A DNA stretch of 32,000 nt. Source: Pseudomonas aeruginosa. GTDB taxonomy: Bacteria > Pseudomonadota > Gammaproteobacteria > Pseudomonadales > Pseudomonadaceae. Made by a program: the position numbers and the translations under genes. Shown piece after piece: positions 8,250-20,240 of this stretch. Position 1 is the stretch's first letter, and every line of letters starts with the position of its first letter. The DNA lies in assembly GCF_001457615.1 (NCBI RefSeq), contig NZ_LN831024.1, forward strand, positions 3,120,001 through 3,152,000, written 5' to 3'. The notes below the pieces were generated by a model. That model was not told the origin of the DNA, searched no databases, and saw only the letters and a list, made by a program, of their open reading frames with translations.

Positions 8250-10296
8250 CGCACGCCTGGCCGAACTGGCCGCCGCCGTGGGCCTGCAACTCGACTGGCA
8301 GGACGCCAACGGACGGCCGCAGCGGGTCGACCCGGAGGTCCAGCGCGGCCTGCTGGAAGCACTCGGCTATCCGGCGCAGAGTCCGCAACAGATCGAACAG
8401 AGCCTGGCCGCGCTGGCCCGGCTGCGCGAGGACAGCGCCAACCTCGGACTGCTGGTCGGCGAATGCGGCCAGCCGCTGGAGCAAGCGCTCGGCCCCGCCG
8501 GCACCCCGGGCGAGCTGGTCTACGAGGACGGCACGCGGATCGCCCTGCGCCTGGACACCGAAGGCCGCCTGCCGGCGCAGGCCCGCAGTGGCTATGCGCA
8601 GCTGTCGCTGGAGCAGCGGGAATGGGCGGTGGCGATGGCGCCGCCGAGCTGTCCGTCCCTGGCCAGCCTCGCCCCGGGTCGCTCGCGTCGCTGGGGTCTG
8701 GCCGCCCAGGTTTATGCCCTGCGCCGCCCCGGCGACGGCGGCCTGGGCGACAGCGCCGCCCTCGAGGACCTGCTGCGCAGCGCCGCGCGGCATGGCGCCG
8801 ACGCGCTGGCGATCAGCCCGCTGCACGCCCTGGCCGAGGCCAACGGACATGCCTACAGCCCCTACTCGCCGTCCAGCCGGCTGTTCTTCAATGTCCTGCA
8901 CGCCGCGCCGGCGACCATTCTCGGCGCGGCGGCGGTGGAACAGGCGATCCGTCGCGCCGGCCTGGCCGCGGAGATGGCCCGCCTGGAGAGCCTGGAGCTG
9001 ATCGACTGGACAGCGGCGGCGGACCTGCGCATGCGCCTGCTGCGCCAACTCCACCGCGACTTCACCGAGCGCGCCAGTCCCTTGCGCCACGACCTCGCCG
9101 AATTCCGCCGCGAAGCCGGCGAGGCCCTGCTGCACCACTGCCGCTTCGAGACCCTGCAGGCGCACCTGGGCGCCGGCCCCGACTGGAGACGCTGGCCGGA
9201 GCCGCTGCGCCGCCCCGGCGAGCCGGCGGTGGCCGCGTTCTGCGCCGATCACGCCGAGGAAGTGGACTTCCGTGCCTTCGGCCAGTGGCTGACCCAACGC
9301 TGCCTGCAACATGCCCAGCGCCAGGCGCGCGAGGCCGGGATGGCCATCGGTCTGGTCGCCGACCTGGCGGTGGGCGCCGATGGCGGCGGCAGCCAGGCCT
9401 GGTCGCGGCAGGAAGAGCTGCTCGCCGAAGTGAATGTCGGCGCGCCGCCGGACATCCTCAACCAGTCCGGACAGGACTGGGGCGTTTCCGCGTTCAATCC
9501 CGAAGGCCTGCGCCGCCACGGCTACCGGGCATTCCGCGAGATGCTGCGGGCCAACCTGGCCTGGCCCGGAGGGCTACGCATCGACCATGTGATGGGCCTG
9601 CAACGTCTCTGGCTGATCCCGCGCGGCCAGCCGCCCCACGCTGGCGCCTACCTGCGCTACCCGCAACGCGAGCTGCTGCGCCTGCTGGCGCTGGAGGCCA
9701 GTCGCGCCTCGGCGCTGGTCATCGGCGAGGACCTCGGCACCGTTCCCGAAGGCCTGCGCGAGGAACTGGCACGCCGCCAAGTGCTGGGTACCCGCGTGCT
9801 GCTCTTCGAGCGGCGCGGCGAACGCTTCGTGCCCCCGGCGCAATGGCCGGCGGACGCCATGGCCACCACCAGCACCCACGACCTGCCGAGCCTGTCCGGC
9901 TGGTGGCGGGGCCAGGACATCCACTGGCGCGGCCGCGCCGGACACCGCAGCGCCGAGGAATGCGCGGCCGACCTGGAACTGCGCGCCGAGGAGCGCCGGG
10001 CCCTGGCCGCCAGCCTCGAACCGCCAGTCGATCCCGACCCCGCCGCCGAAGTACCGCTGGACGCCTGCATCGGCTATGTCGGGGCAACCCCCGCGCCGTT
10101 GGTGCTACTGCCCCTGGAGGACGCCCTGGGCAGCCTGGAGCAGCCGAACCTGCCCGGCCCCGGCGACGCCCACCCGAACTGGCGGCGGCGCTGGCCGGAA
10201 AACGCCGCGCAGATGCTCGGAACGCCGCAGGTCGACCGGCGCCTGCGCCTGCTCGAACGCAGCCGCCGGGATGCCGAGGAGGCCGCCCATGATTGA
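8242..10296 (+). CDS. malQ: 4-alpha-glucanotransferase (amylomaltase), GH77
   Basis: 684 aa with YSPYSPSSRLFFNVLH, RIDHVMGLQRLWLIPRG, VIGEDLGTVPEGLREEL, TTSTHDLPSLSGWW. Confidence 0.93.
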   Translation: MSDARLAELAAAVGLQLDWQDANGRPQRVDPEVQRGLLEALGYPAQSPQQIEQSLAALARLREDSANLGLLVGECGQPLEQALGPAGTPGELVYEDGTRIALRLDTEGRLPAQARSGYAQLSLEQREWAVAMAPPSCPSLASLAPGRSRRWGLAAQVYALRRPGDGGLGDSAALEDLLRSAARHGADALAISPLHALAEANGHAYSPYSPSSRLFFNVLHAAPATILGAAAVEQAIRRAGLAAEMARLESLELIDWTAAADLRMRLLRQLHRDFTERASPLRHDLAEFRREAGEALLHHCRFETLQAHLGAGPDWRRWPEPLRRPGEPAVAAFCADHAEEVDFRAFGQWLTQRCLQHAQRQAREAGMAIGLVADLAVGADGGGSQAWSRQEELLAEVNVGAPPDILNQSGQDWGVSAFNPEGLRRHGYRAFREMLRANLAWPGGLRIDHVMGLQRLWLIPRGQPPHAGAYLRYPQRELLRLLALEASRASALVIGEDLGTVPEGLREELARRQVLGTRVLLFERRGERFVPPAQWPADAMATTSTHDLPSLSGWWRGQDIHWRGRAGHRSAEECAADLELRAEERRALAASLEPPVDPDPAAEVPLDACIGYVGATPAPLVLLPLEDALGSLEQPNLPGPGDAHPNWRRRWPENAAQMLGTPQVDRRLRLLERSRRDAEEAAHD

Positions 10297-13069
10297 GCCC
10301 CGCGCTACCCTGCGCCTGCAATTCCACGCCGGCTTCACCCTCGACGATGCCCTGCCCTGGCTGGACTATTTCGCCGACCTGGGCATCAGCCATCTCTACG
10401 CCTCGCCGCTGTTCCGCGCGCGGCCCGGCTCCAGCCACGGCTACGACGTGGTCGACCCGACCCGGATCAATCCGGAACTGGGCGGCGAGCCGGCGCTGCT
10501 GCGCCTGATCCAGGGGCTGCGGCAACGCGGCATGGGCCTGCTCATGGACATAGTGCCGAACCACATGGGCATCGGCGGCGGCGCCAATCCCTGGTGGCAG
10601 GACGTGCTCGAATGGGGGCGCGAGAGTCCCTACGCGAGTTTCTTCGACATCCAGTGGGAATCCCACGACGCCGCGTTGCGCGGCCAGGTGCTGCTGCCGT
10701 TCCTGCGCAGCGACTACGGCGAGGTCCTGGCTGCCGGGGAGATCGGCCTGAGCCTGGACCGCGAGGCCGGCCGCCTGCTGGCGAGCCACGGCGAGCAGCG
10801 CTTCCCCCTCTGGCCGGGCAGCTACCCGGAGCTGCTGGAAGACAGCGGCGAGCCGCGCCTGTCAGCCCTGGCCGGCGGTTTCCGCGAGTGCCGGCAGGAC
10901 CGCGAGGCCTTGCGCGAGATGCAGCGTCAACTGGCGGCTGCGCTCGCCGAGAGCGCTCCGCGCGCAGCCCTCCAGCGCACGCTGGGCGAACTCCAGGAAC
11001 GCCACGAGGAGGCTCGCCAACGCCTGCACCGCCTGCTCGAGGCGCAGCACTACCGCCTGGCCAGTTGGCGCACCGCGGCGGACGACATCAACTGGCGCCG
11101 TTTCTTCGACATCAGCGAACTGGTCGGCCTGCGGGTCGAGCGCGGCGAGGTGTTCGAGGCCGTGCACGGCAAGGTCTTCCAGTTGCTCGAGGACGGTCTG
11201 CTCGATGGCCTGCGCATCGATCACGTCGACGGCCTGGCCGATCCGCGCGGCTATTGCCGACGCCTGCGCCGCCGCAGCGAGCGGATCCGCGCCCATCGCG
11301 GCGGCGCGCCGATGCTGCTGTACGTTGAGAAGATCCTCGGTGGCGAGGAGCGCCTGCCCGAGGATTGGCTGTGCGACGGCACCACCGGCTACGACTTCAT
11401 GAACCAGGTCAGCCTGTTGCAGCACGATCCGCGCGGCGAACGACCGTTGCGCGAACTCTGGCAGCGGGTCAGCGGACGCCCGGAGGCGTTTCTCGACGAG
11501 GTCTACCAGGCTCGCCAACTGGTCCTGGCGGGAAGCCTCGCCGGTGACCTGGAGAACCTCGCCCAGGGTCTTTTGCGGGTGGCGCGGGCCGACCTGGCCA
11601 GCCGCGACCTGACCCTGGGCGGTATCCGCCGCGCGCTGTTCCAGTTGCTCGCGCGCTTTCCGGTCTACCGTACCTACGCCGGGGCCTGCGGTCGCTCGGT
11701 GCAGGATCGCGAGGTGTTCCGCTATGCCGCAGAGGCGGCCCGCGAGGATCTCGACGAAGCCGACCGGGCGGTCCTCGACCATCTCGAACGCTGGCTCGGC
11801 GGGCAGCCGCTGCGCGAGCTGCCGCCCGGTCCGCTGCGGCGCCTGCGCGGCGAGTTGCTGGCGCGCTTCCAGCAGTTGAGTTCGCCGACCGCCGCCAAGG
11901 CCGTGGAGGATACCGCCTGCTATCGCTCGGCGGCCCTGCTCTCGCGCAACGACGTCGGCTTCGACCCGCAGCGCTTCGCCGCTTCCGCCGAGGAATTCCA
12001 TGCCGCCTGCGAAGCCAGGCGCCTGGCCAGCCCGCGCGCCCTGCTGGCCACCGCCAGCCATGACCACAAGCGCGGCGAGGACGCCCGCGCCCGTCTTGCG
12101 GCGCTCAGTGAACTGGCGCCCTGGTTCGCGCGTAACGTCGAGCACTGGCAAAGCCTGGCCACGCCGTTGCGCCGCGACCTCGCCGAGGGGCCGGCGCCGA
12201 GTCCCGGCGACGAGCTGATCCTGTTCCAGGCCCTGCTCGGCAGTTGGCCGCTCGACGCGCCTTGCGACGGCGCCGCCCTGGACCAAGCGTTCCTCGCGCG
12301 GATGCGCGAATGGCAATGCAAGGCCTTGCGCGAAGCCAAGCTGCGCACGCGCTGGACCGCGCCCGACGAAGACTACGAGCGCGCCTGCGCCGACTATCTG
12401 GAACAGCTCCTGCGCGCGCCACTGGCCCAGGCCCTGCGCCAGTCGCTGGGCAACGCGGCGGCGCGACTGATGCCGGCCGGGGCCCTGAATGGCCTCGCCC
12501 AATGCCTGCTGCGCCTGACCTGCCCGGGTATCCCCGATCTCTACCAGGGGCGCGAGTACTGGGACTTCAGCCTGGTCGACCCGGACAACCGGAGGCCGGT
12601 GGACTTCGCCCGGCACGCCGCCGCCCTGGCCGCGCCGACGCCCTTCCCGGAACTGCTGGAGCACTGGCGCGACGGTCGCATCAAGCAGACCCTGATCGCC
12701 CGCGTGCTGGGGCTGCGGCGGATGCAGCCGGGCCTGTTCCGCGACGGCGACTACCTGCCCCTGGAGGTCAGCGGCGAGCATGCCGAGCGGGTCCTGGCCT
12801 TCGCCCGGCGCAGTCGTCACGGTTGCCTGCTGGTGGTGGTCCCGCGCCTGGCCTGCGCCCTGCTCGGCCACGCCACGCAGCCGCAGGTGCCGGCCGAGGC
12901 CTGGGGCGACACCTGCCTCCTGCTGCCGCCGAGTCTCTCCGAATGCACCTACAGCGGCCTGTTTTCCACCATGCCGCTGCCCAGCGACGGGCACCTGAGC
13001 CTGTCCGAAGTGCTCGCCGACTTTCCCGTCAACCTGCTTTACCGCCTCGCCCAGGAGGACACCCCATGA
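10289..13069 (+). CDS. treY: Malto-oligosyltrehalose synthase
   Basis: 926 aa from ATG 10289: MIEPRATLRLQFHAGFTLDDALPWLDYFADLGISHLYASPLF...GLLMDIVPNHMGIGG...GLRIDHVDGLADPRGYCRRL...GTTGYDFMNQV...ATASHDHKRGEDARARL. Overlaps malQ by 8 nt. Confidence 0.95.
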   Translation: MIEPRATLRLQFHAGFTLDDALPWLDYFADLGISHLYASPLFRARPGSSHGYDVVDPTRINPELGGEPALLRLIQGLRQRGMGLLMDIVPNHMGIGGGANPWWQDVLEWGRESPYASFFDIQWESHDAALRGQVLLPFLRSDYGEVLAAGEIGLSLDREAGRLLASHGEQRFPLWPGSYPELLEDSGEPRLSALAGGFRECRQDREALREMQRQLAAALAESAPRAALQRTLGELQERHEEARQRLHRLLEAQHYRLASWRTAADDINWRRFFDISELVGLRVERGEVFEAVHGKVFQLLEDGLLDGLRIDHVDGLADPRGYCRRLRRRSERIRAHRGGAPMLLYVEKILGGEERLPEDWLCDGTTGYDFMNQVSLLQHDPRGERPLRELWQRVSGRPEAFLDEVYQARQLVLAGSLAGDLENLAQGLLRVARADLASRDLTLGGIRRALFQLLARFPVYRTYAGACGRSVQDREVFRYAAEAAREDLDEADRAVLDHLERWLGGQPLRELPPGPLRRLRGELLARFQQLSSPTAAKAVEDTACYRSAALLSRNDVGFDPQRFAASAEEFHAACEARRLASPRALLATASHDHKRGEDARARLAALSELAPWFARNVEHWQSLATPLRRDLAEGPAPSPGDELILFQALLGSWPLDAPCDGAALDQAFLARMREWQCKALREAKLRTRWTAPDEDYERACADYLEQLLRAPLAQALRQSLGNAAARLMPAGALNGLAQCLLRLTCPGIPDLYQGREYWDFSLVDPDNRRPVDFARHAAALAAPTPFPELLEHWRDGRIKQTLIARVLGLRRMQPGLFRDGDYLPLEVSGEHAERVLAFARRSRHGCLLVVVPRLACALLGHATQPQVPAEAWGDTCLLLPPSLSECTYSGLFSTMPLPSDGHLSLSEVLADFPVNLLYRLAQEDTP

Positions 13070-13371
13070 GCGCCGACGAAAAACGCATACGAGAGTTCGC
13101 CTACCAGATCTGGGAATCCGAGGGCTGCCCCGACGGCCAGGCCGAACGCCACTGGGCCATGGCCCGGCAACTGGCCGAAGCGGAAGCCGCCGCGGCGGCA
13201 CCGAAGAAGACCCGCGGTCGGGCCAAGGCCGCCAAGGAAACCCCGGCCCTGCTGCAAGCGCCGGCCGCCAAGCCGCGCAAGCCGAGGGCCGCGTCCCCGG
13301 CGCGGCCCGCCAGCGAAAAACCGGCGGCGGCCAAGCCGCGCAGCCGCCGCAAGCCCGAAGCGGGCGAATGA
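13066..13371 (+). CDS. DUF2934 domain protein with Ala/Lys/Pro-rich histone H1-like tail
   Basis: 101 aa MSADEKRIREFAYQIWESEGCPDGQAERHWAMARQLAEAEAAAAAPKKTRGRAKAAKETPALLQAPAAKPRKPRAASPARPASEKPAAAKPRSRRKPEAGE. ATGA overlap with the treY stop. Confidence 0.85.
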   Translation: MSADEKRIREFAYQIWESEGCPDGQAERHWAMARQLAEAEAAAAAPKKTRGRAKAAKETPALLQAPAAKPRKPRAASPARPASEKPAAAKPRSRRKPEAGE

Positions 13372-13383
13372 GGAGTCCAGTGC

Positions 13384-15534
<2,151 letters not shown>

Positions 15535-15561
15535 ACGGCGGGGAAAAAAGCTGAACCGCCC

Positions 15562-15592
15562 CGGCACCTCCAGTCGGAACCTGTAGGTGCCG
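15562..15592. repeat. Intergenic inverted repeat, 8-bp stem, 15-nt loop
   Basis: CGGCACCT ... AGGTGCCG between glgX stop (15534) and the CBS gene (15633). Confidence 0.6.
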
Positions 15593-15632
15593 CACGCGGC
15601 GCCCGCACATCCACCCTACACAGGAGGACAGC

Positions 15633-16049
15633 ATGAAGATCAGCGACATCATGACCCGCAACGTCCAGGTCGCCGACCCGCAGCAGAGCATCCGCGAGGC
15701 GGCCGCCACCATGGCGAGGATCGACAGCGGCGCCCTGCTGGTCGGCGAAGGCGACCGCCTGGTCGGGATGATCACCGATCGCGACATCGCCATCCGCGCG
15801 GTGGCCGGCGGCCTGTCCGGGGATACCCCGCTGGGCCGCATCATGAGCGGCGACATCCACTATTGCTTCGAAGACGAAGACGTCCAGCACGTGGCCCGCA
15901 ACATGGCCGACATCCAGATGCGCCGCCTGCCGGTGCTCAACCGCGAGAAGCGGCTGGTCGGCGTGGTTTCCCTGGGCAACATCGCCAGCTGCCGCGACCA
16001 GGCCTCCAGCGCCACCGTCCTGCAGGGCGTCGCCCAGGCCCACTACTGA
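15633..16049 (+). CDS. Tandem CBS-domain protein
   Basis: MKISDIMTRNVQVADPQQSIREAAATMARIDSGALLVGEGDRLVGMITDRDIAIRAVAGG...RLPVLNREKRLVGVVSLGNIA. Classic CBS pair; RBS GGAGGA upstream. Confidence 0.93.
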   Translation: MKISDIMTRNVQVADPQQSIREAAATMARIDSGALLVGEGDRLVGMITDRDIAIRAVAGGLSGDTPLGRIMSGDIHYCFEDEDVQHVARNMADIQMRRLPVLNREKRLVGVVSLGNIASCRDQASSATVLQGVAQAHY

Positions 16050-16115
16050 GCCTTTCTTCCACCCGGCCCGCCTTTGCCGTACCGGCCGAGGCCGGGCCCC
16101 AACCGGGAGAACGCC

Positions 16116-17363
16116 ATGAAAGCCGTGGTATTCCATGACATCGGCGACATCCGCCTGGAAGACGTGGCGGAGCCGCGCCTGCAGGAGCCCACCGACGCCA
16201 TCGTGCGGCTGACCGCCTCGGCGATCTGCGGCACCGACCTGCACTTCGTCCGTGGCAGCGTCGGCGGCATGCGTCCGGGAACCATCCTCGGCCATGAGGG
16301 CGTGGGCATCGTCGAGGCGCTCGGCGACGAAGTGCGCAACCTTCAGGTCGGCGACCGGGTGGTGATTCCCTCGACCATCGCCTGCGGCAATTGCGTGTAT
16401 TGCCGAGCCGGCTACTACGCCCAGTGCGACGTCGCCAACCCCGGCGGCAGCCAGGCCGGCACCGCGTTCTTCGGCGGTCCCCGGGCCAACGGCGGCTTCC
16501 ATGGGCTGCAAGCCGAGAAAGCGCGGATTCCCTATGCCAACATCGGCCTGATCCGCCTGCCCAGCAGCATCAGCGACGACCAGGCGATACTCCTGTCGGA
16601 CATCTTCCCCACCGGTTACTTCGGCGCCGAACTGGCCGGTATCGCCCCCGGCAACACCGTCGCCGTGTTCGGCTGCGGTCCGGTGGGCCAGTTCGCCATC
16701 GCCAGCGCGTTGCTCCTCGGCGCCGCCAGGGTGTTCGCCATCGACCGCCACCCGGACCGCCTGCACATGGCCCGCCAGCAAGGCGCCGAAGTGATCGACT
16801 TCGAGCGCGAGGATCCGGTCCAGGCCCTGCGCTGGCTGACCGCCGGGATCGGCGTGGACCGCGCCATCGACGCCGTCGGCGTGGACGCCGAGCACAGCCA
16901 TGGCACCGCCACCCCGGCGCCGCGCCAGGAGGGCACCAGCTGGAGTCCCGGCAACGCCCCCGCACAGGCCCTGGAGTGGGCGGTGCAGGGCCTGGCCAAG
17001 GCCGGCACCCTGTCGATCATCGGCGTCTACGCCGAAGACTCGCGGCAGTTTCCCATCGGCCTGGCGATGAACCGCAACCTGACCATCCGCATGGGCAACT
17101 GCCACCACCGCAAGTACATTCCGCTGCTGCTCGAACATGTGCTCAGCGGACGCATCGACCCGGCGAAGATCCTCACCCAGGTGAAGCCGATCGGCGACGC
17201 CATCGAGGCCTTCGAAGCCTTCGACCGCCGCGAGACCGGCTGGATCAAGGTCGAACTGGTGCCGCAGAAGCGCCAGGTCGAGGGCAGCGAGGAACGCCTC
17301 GACGAACGCGCGGTGGACGAACTGGCGCGCCGGCCGACGCCGGAAAGCGGCGCCCGGGGGTGA
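16116..17363 (+). CDS. Zinc-dependent alcohol dehydrogenase (MDR superfamily, formaldehyde-dehydrogenase-like)
   Basis: From ATG 16116: MKAVVFHDIGDIRLEDVAEPRL...AICGTDLHFVRG...ILGHEGVGIVEALGDEVRNLQVGDRVVIPSTIACGNCVYCRAGYYAQC...VAVFGCGPVGQFAI. Confidence 0.9.
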   Translation: MKAVVFHDIGDIRLEDVAEPRLQEPTDAIVRLTASAICGTDLHFVRGSVGGMRPGTILGHEGVGIVEALGDEVRNLQVGDRVVIPSTIACGNCVYCRAGYYAQCDVANPGGSQAGTAFFGGPRANGGFHGLQAEKARIPYANIGLIRLPSSISDDQAILLSDIFPTGYFGAELAGIAPGNTVAVFGCGPVGQFAIASALLLGAARVFAIDRHPDRLHMARQQGAEVIDFEREDPVQALRWLTAGIGVDRAIDAVGVDAEHSHGTATPAPRQEGTSWSPGNAPAQALEWAVQGLAKAGTLSIIGVYAEDSRQFPIGLAMNRNLTIRMGNCHHRKYIPLLLEHVLSGRIDPAKILTQVKPIGDAIEAFEAFDRRETGWIKVELVPQKRQVEGSEERLDERAVDELARRPTPESGARG

Positions 17364-17366
17364 TGC

Positions 17367-18304
17367 ATGAGCGCACCGGCACGCCTGCGCATCGGCATTT
17401 CCGGCTGGCGCTACGCCCCCTGGAGAGGCGACTTCTATCCCGAGGGGCTGCGCCAGAAGGACGAACTGCGCTTCGCCTCGCGGGCGGTGAACAGCATCGA
17501 GATCAACGGCACCTTCTACGCCCTGCAGACGCCCGAGCGCTTCCGCGGCTGGGCCGAGGACACCCCCGAGGACTTCGTTTTCAGCGTCAAGGCCCGCGTT
17601 ACATCACCCACGTGCGGCGCCTGCGCGAGATCGACGAGCCGCTGGCGAACTTCTTCGCCTCCGGCCCCCTCGCCCTGCGCCAGCGCCTCGGCCCGTTCCT
17701 CTGGCAGTTCCCGCCGAGCATGCGCTTCGACCGCGAGCTGTTCGCCGATTTCCTCGCCCGCCTGCCGCGCGACGGCGCCGCCGCGCAGAAGCTCGCCCGG
17801 CACAGCGCCGCGCGCCTGCACCGCGAGGGCTACCTCGACGGCGATCCGGCGCAGCGCCTGCGGCATGCCGTGGAAATCCGCCATGAGAGCTTCGTCGACC
17901 CGACGTTCATCGAGCTGCTGCGCGAATACCGGGTGGCCCTGGTGGTGGCCGATACCGCCGGCAAGTGGCCGCTGCTCGGCGACGTCTGCGCCGACTTCCT
18001 CTACCTGCGCCTGCATGGCGACAAGGAGCTGTACCGCAGCGGCTACTCGGAAGCGGCCCTGGGCCAGTGGCAGGCACGGATCCGCGCCTGGGCCGGCGGC
18101 GGCCAGGCCGACGACCTGCGCCGGGCCAGCCAGGACGCCCCGGCGAAGGCGACGGCGCGCGACCTGTACTGCTACTTCGACAACGACGTCAAGGTGCGCG
18201 CACCTTACGACGCCCGGCGCCTCCTGCAGCTGCTGGAACTCGACGGCGGCCTGCGCACGGTGCCCGGACAGTTGCCCGATGACCTGCGGGAGAGTGCCGC
18301 ATGA
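17367..18304 (+). pseudogene. DUF72 family protein, apparently frameshifted near 17592
   Basis: N-terminal half in one frame (MSAPARLRIGISGWRYAPWRGDFYPEGLRQKDELRFASRAVNSIEINGTFYALQTPERFRGWAEDTPEDFVFSVK). The rest continues in a second frame (RYITHVRRLREIDEPLANFFASGPLALRQRLGPFLWQFPPSMRFD...CYFDNDVKVRAPYDARRLLQLL). Insertion of one G at AAGG^CCCGCG would restore FSVKGPRYITHVRRL. Confidence 0.8.
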
Positions 18305-19038
18305 TCCTGCCGCGCCTGCAGGTGCTGACGGTGAACACCCACAAGGGTTTCAACCCGTTCAATCGGCGCTTCATCCTGCCGGAGTTGCGCGAAGCGGTGC
18401 GCAGCGTCGGTGCCGACCTGGTGTTCCTCCAGGAGGTCCTCGGCTCCCATAGCCTGCACGCCGCGCGCCTGCCGTCCTGGCCGCCGGCGCCGCAATACGA
18501 GTATCTGGCCGACAGCATGTGGCCGCAGTTCGCCTACGGGCGCAACGCGGTGTATCCCGAAGGCCACCATGGCAATGCCGTGCTCTCCAAGCATCCGATC
18601 CTCGCCCACCGCAACCTCGACGTCTCGGTGGCGGGCAACGAGGAACGCGGCCTGTTGCATGCGGTGATCGACATCGGCCGTCCGCTGCACGCGGTCTGCG
18701 TGCACCTGGGATTGCGCGAGGCGCAGCGCCAGCGCCAGTTGCAACTGCTCTGCGAGCTGGTGGCGGGCCTGCCGGAGCGCGAGCCGGTGGTGGTCGCCGG
18801 CGACTTCAACGACTGGCGCCAGCGCGCCGACCGCCTGCTCGCCGGTTGCGGCCTGCGCGAAGTCTTCGTCGGCGCCCAGGGCCGGCCGGCGCGCAGCTTC
18901 CCGGCGCGCTGGCCGGTGCTGCCGCTGGACCGCATTTACCTGCGCAATGCCCGCGGGCGCCAGCCGCGCATCCTCTCGCGGCGGCCCTGGTCGCACCTGT
19001 CCGACCACCTGCCGCTGGCGGTGGAGGTGGAGCCATGA
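18301..19038 (+). CDS. Endonuclease/exonuclease/phosphatase family protein
   Basis: 245 aa with [43 protein letters not shown]-like stretch, [44 protein letters not shown] overlap with the DUF72 gene. Confidence 0.9.
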   Translation: MILPRLQVLTVNTHKGFNPFNRRFILPELREAVRSVGADLVFLQEVLGSHSLHAARLPSWPPAPQYEYLADSMWPQFAYGRNAVYPEGHHGNAVLSKHPILAHRNLDVSVAGNEERGLLHAVIDIGRPLHAVCVHLGLREAQRQRQLQLLCELVAGLPEREPVVVAGDFNDWRQRADRLLAGCGLREVFVGAQGRPARSFPARWPVLPLDRIYLRNARGRQPRILSRRPWSHLSDHLPLAVEVEP

Positions 19039-20240
19039 ACTTCCCCTGGCGCGACGGCAACCGCGTAGAACTGCTGATCAACGGCGAAGAGTACTTTCCG
19101 CGCCTGTTCCAGTGCATCGCCGAGGCGCGCCGGGAGATCCTCCTGGAAACCTTCATCATCTTCGAGGACGAGGTCGGCCGGCAGTTGCAGGAAGCCCTCA
19201 GCGCCGCCGCCGAGCGCGGTGTCGAGGTGCAGGTCACGGTGGACGGCTACGGCACCGCCTCGCTCAGCCCGGACTACCTGGCCAGGCTGACCGCCTCCGG
19301 GGTCCGCGTGCACCTGTTCGACCCGCGCCCGCGCCTGCTCGGCATGCGCACCAACCTGTTTCGCCGGTTGCACCGCAAGCTGGTGGTGATCGATCGCCGG
19401 CAGGCCTTCGTCGGCGGCATCAATTACGGCGAGGACCACCTGGTACGTCGCGGCAACATGGCCAAGCAGGACTACGCGGTGCGCGTCGAGGGCCCGGTGG
19501 TGCGCGATATCCGCCAGGCCTGCCTGGCGCTGCTCGAACCGGACGCCGACTACCCGCCGTTGCGGCCGTCGGGCGCCGGGCAGCCGGCGCGGGTGCGCCT
19601 GGTGATCCGCGACAACGACCAGTCCAGCGACGACATCGAGCGCGAGTACCTGCAGGCGATCCGCCAGGCGCGGCGACGCCTGCTGATCGCCAACGCCTAT
19701 TTCTTCCCCGGCTACCGCCTGCTTCGCGAGCTGCGCGATGCGGCGCGCCGCGGCGTGCGCGTCGACCTGGTACTACAGGGCATGCCGGACATGCCGCTGG
19801 TGCGCCTGTGCAGCCGGCTGTTCTACGACTACCTGCTGCGCGAGGGCGTGCGTATCCACGAATACTGCCAGCGTCCGCTGCACGGCAAGGTCGCGGTGAT
19901 CGACGACGACTGGTCGACCATCGGTTCGAGCAATCTCGATCCCCTCAGCCTGTCGCTGAACCTGGAGGCCAACCTGGTGATCCGCGACGTCGCCTTCAAC
20001 GGCCAGCTCTACCAGCACCTGCGCGAGCTGGCGCGCCGCCACTGCCGGCGCATCAGCCGCCGCCACGCGAGGCGCGGCTACTGGTGGCGAGCGCCGCTGA
20101 TTTTCCTCGGCTTCCACTTTTCCAGGAACTTTCCGGCTATCGCCGGTTGGGTACCCGCCCATCTGCCACGCCTGAAATCGCTGGAGCCGCGTCCGTCGCG
20201 GCGCTGGCAGGAACGCCAGGGCCAGCGGGGCAACCCATGA
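19035..20240 (+). CDS. clsB: Phospholipase D-like cardiolipin synthase, ClsB type
   Basis: From ATG 19035: 401 aa with two HKD motifs ([21 protein letters not shown] and [35 protein letters not shown]). Overlaps the upstream gene by 4 nt. Confidence 0.88.
   Translation: MNFPWRDGNRVELLINGEEYFPRLFQCIAEARREILLETFIIFEDEVGRQLQEALSAAAERGVEVQVTVDGYGTASLSPDYLARLTASGVRVHLFDPRPRLLGMRTNLFRRLHRKLVVIDRRQAFVGGINYGEDHLVRRGNMAKQDYAVRVEGPVVRDIRQACLALLEPDADYPPLRPSGAGQPARVRLVIRDNDQSSDDIEREYLQAIRQARRRLLIANAYFFPGYRLLRELRDAARRGVRVDLVLQGMPDMPLVRLCSRLFYDYLLREGVRIHEYCQRPLHGKVAVIDDDWSTIGSSNLDPLSLSLNLEANLVIRDVAFNGQLYQHLRELARRHCRRISRRHARRGYWWRAPLIFLGFHFSRNFPAIAGWVPAHLPRLKSLEPRPSRRWQERQGQRGNP

Noticed and set aside
10862-13201. 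779-aa minus-strand ORF opposite treY
   Set aside because: Antisense to a conserved TreY coding region and lacks family motifs.
16055-16106. CCCGGCC...GGCCGGG and CCGGCC-GA-GGCCGG inverted repeats upstream of the alcohol dehydrogenase
   Set aside because: Short, compositionally expected in GC-rich sequence, and without a T-tract, so not called as a terminator.
16391-17590. 5' part of the 637-aa ORF 16391-18304
   Set aside because: This portion is an off-frame read of the alcohol dehydrogenase gene. Only the part after about 17594 is real coding sequence (DUF72 continuation).
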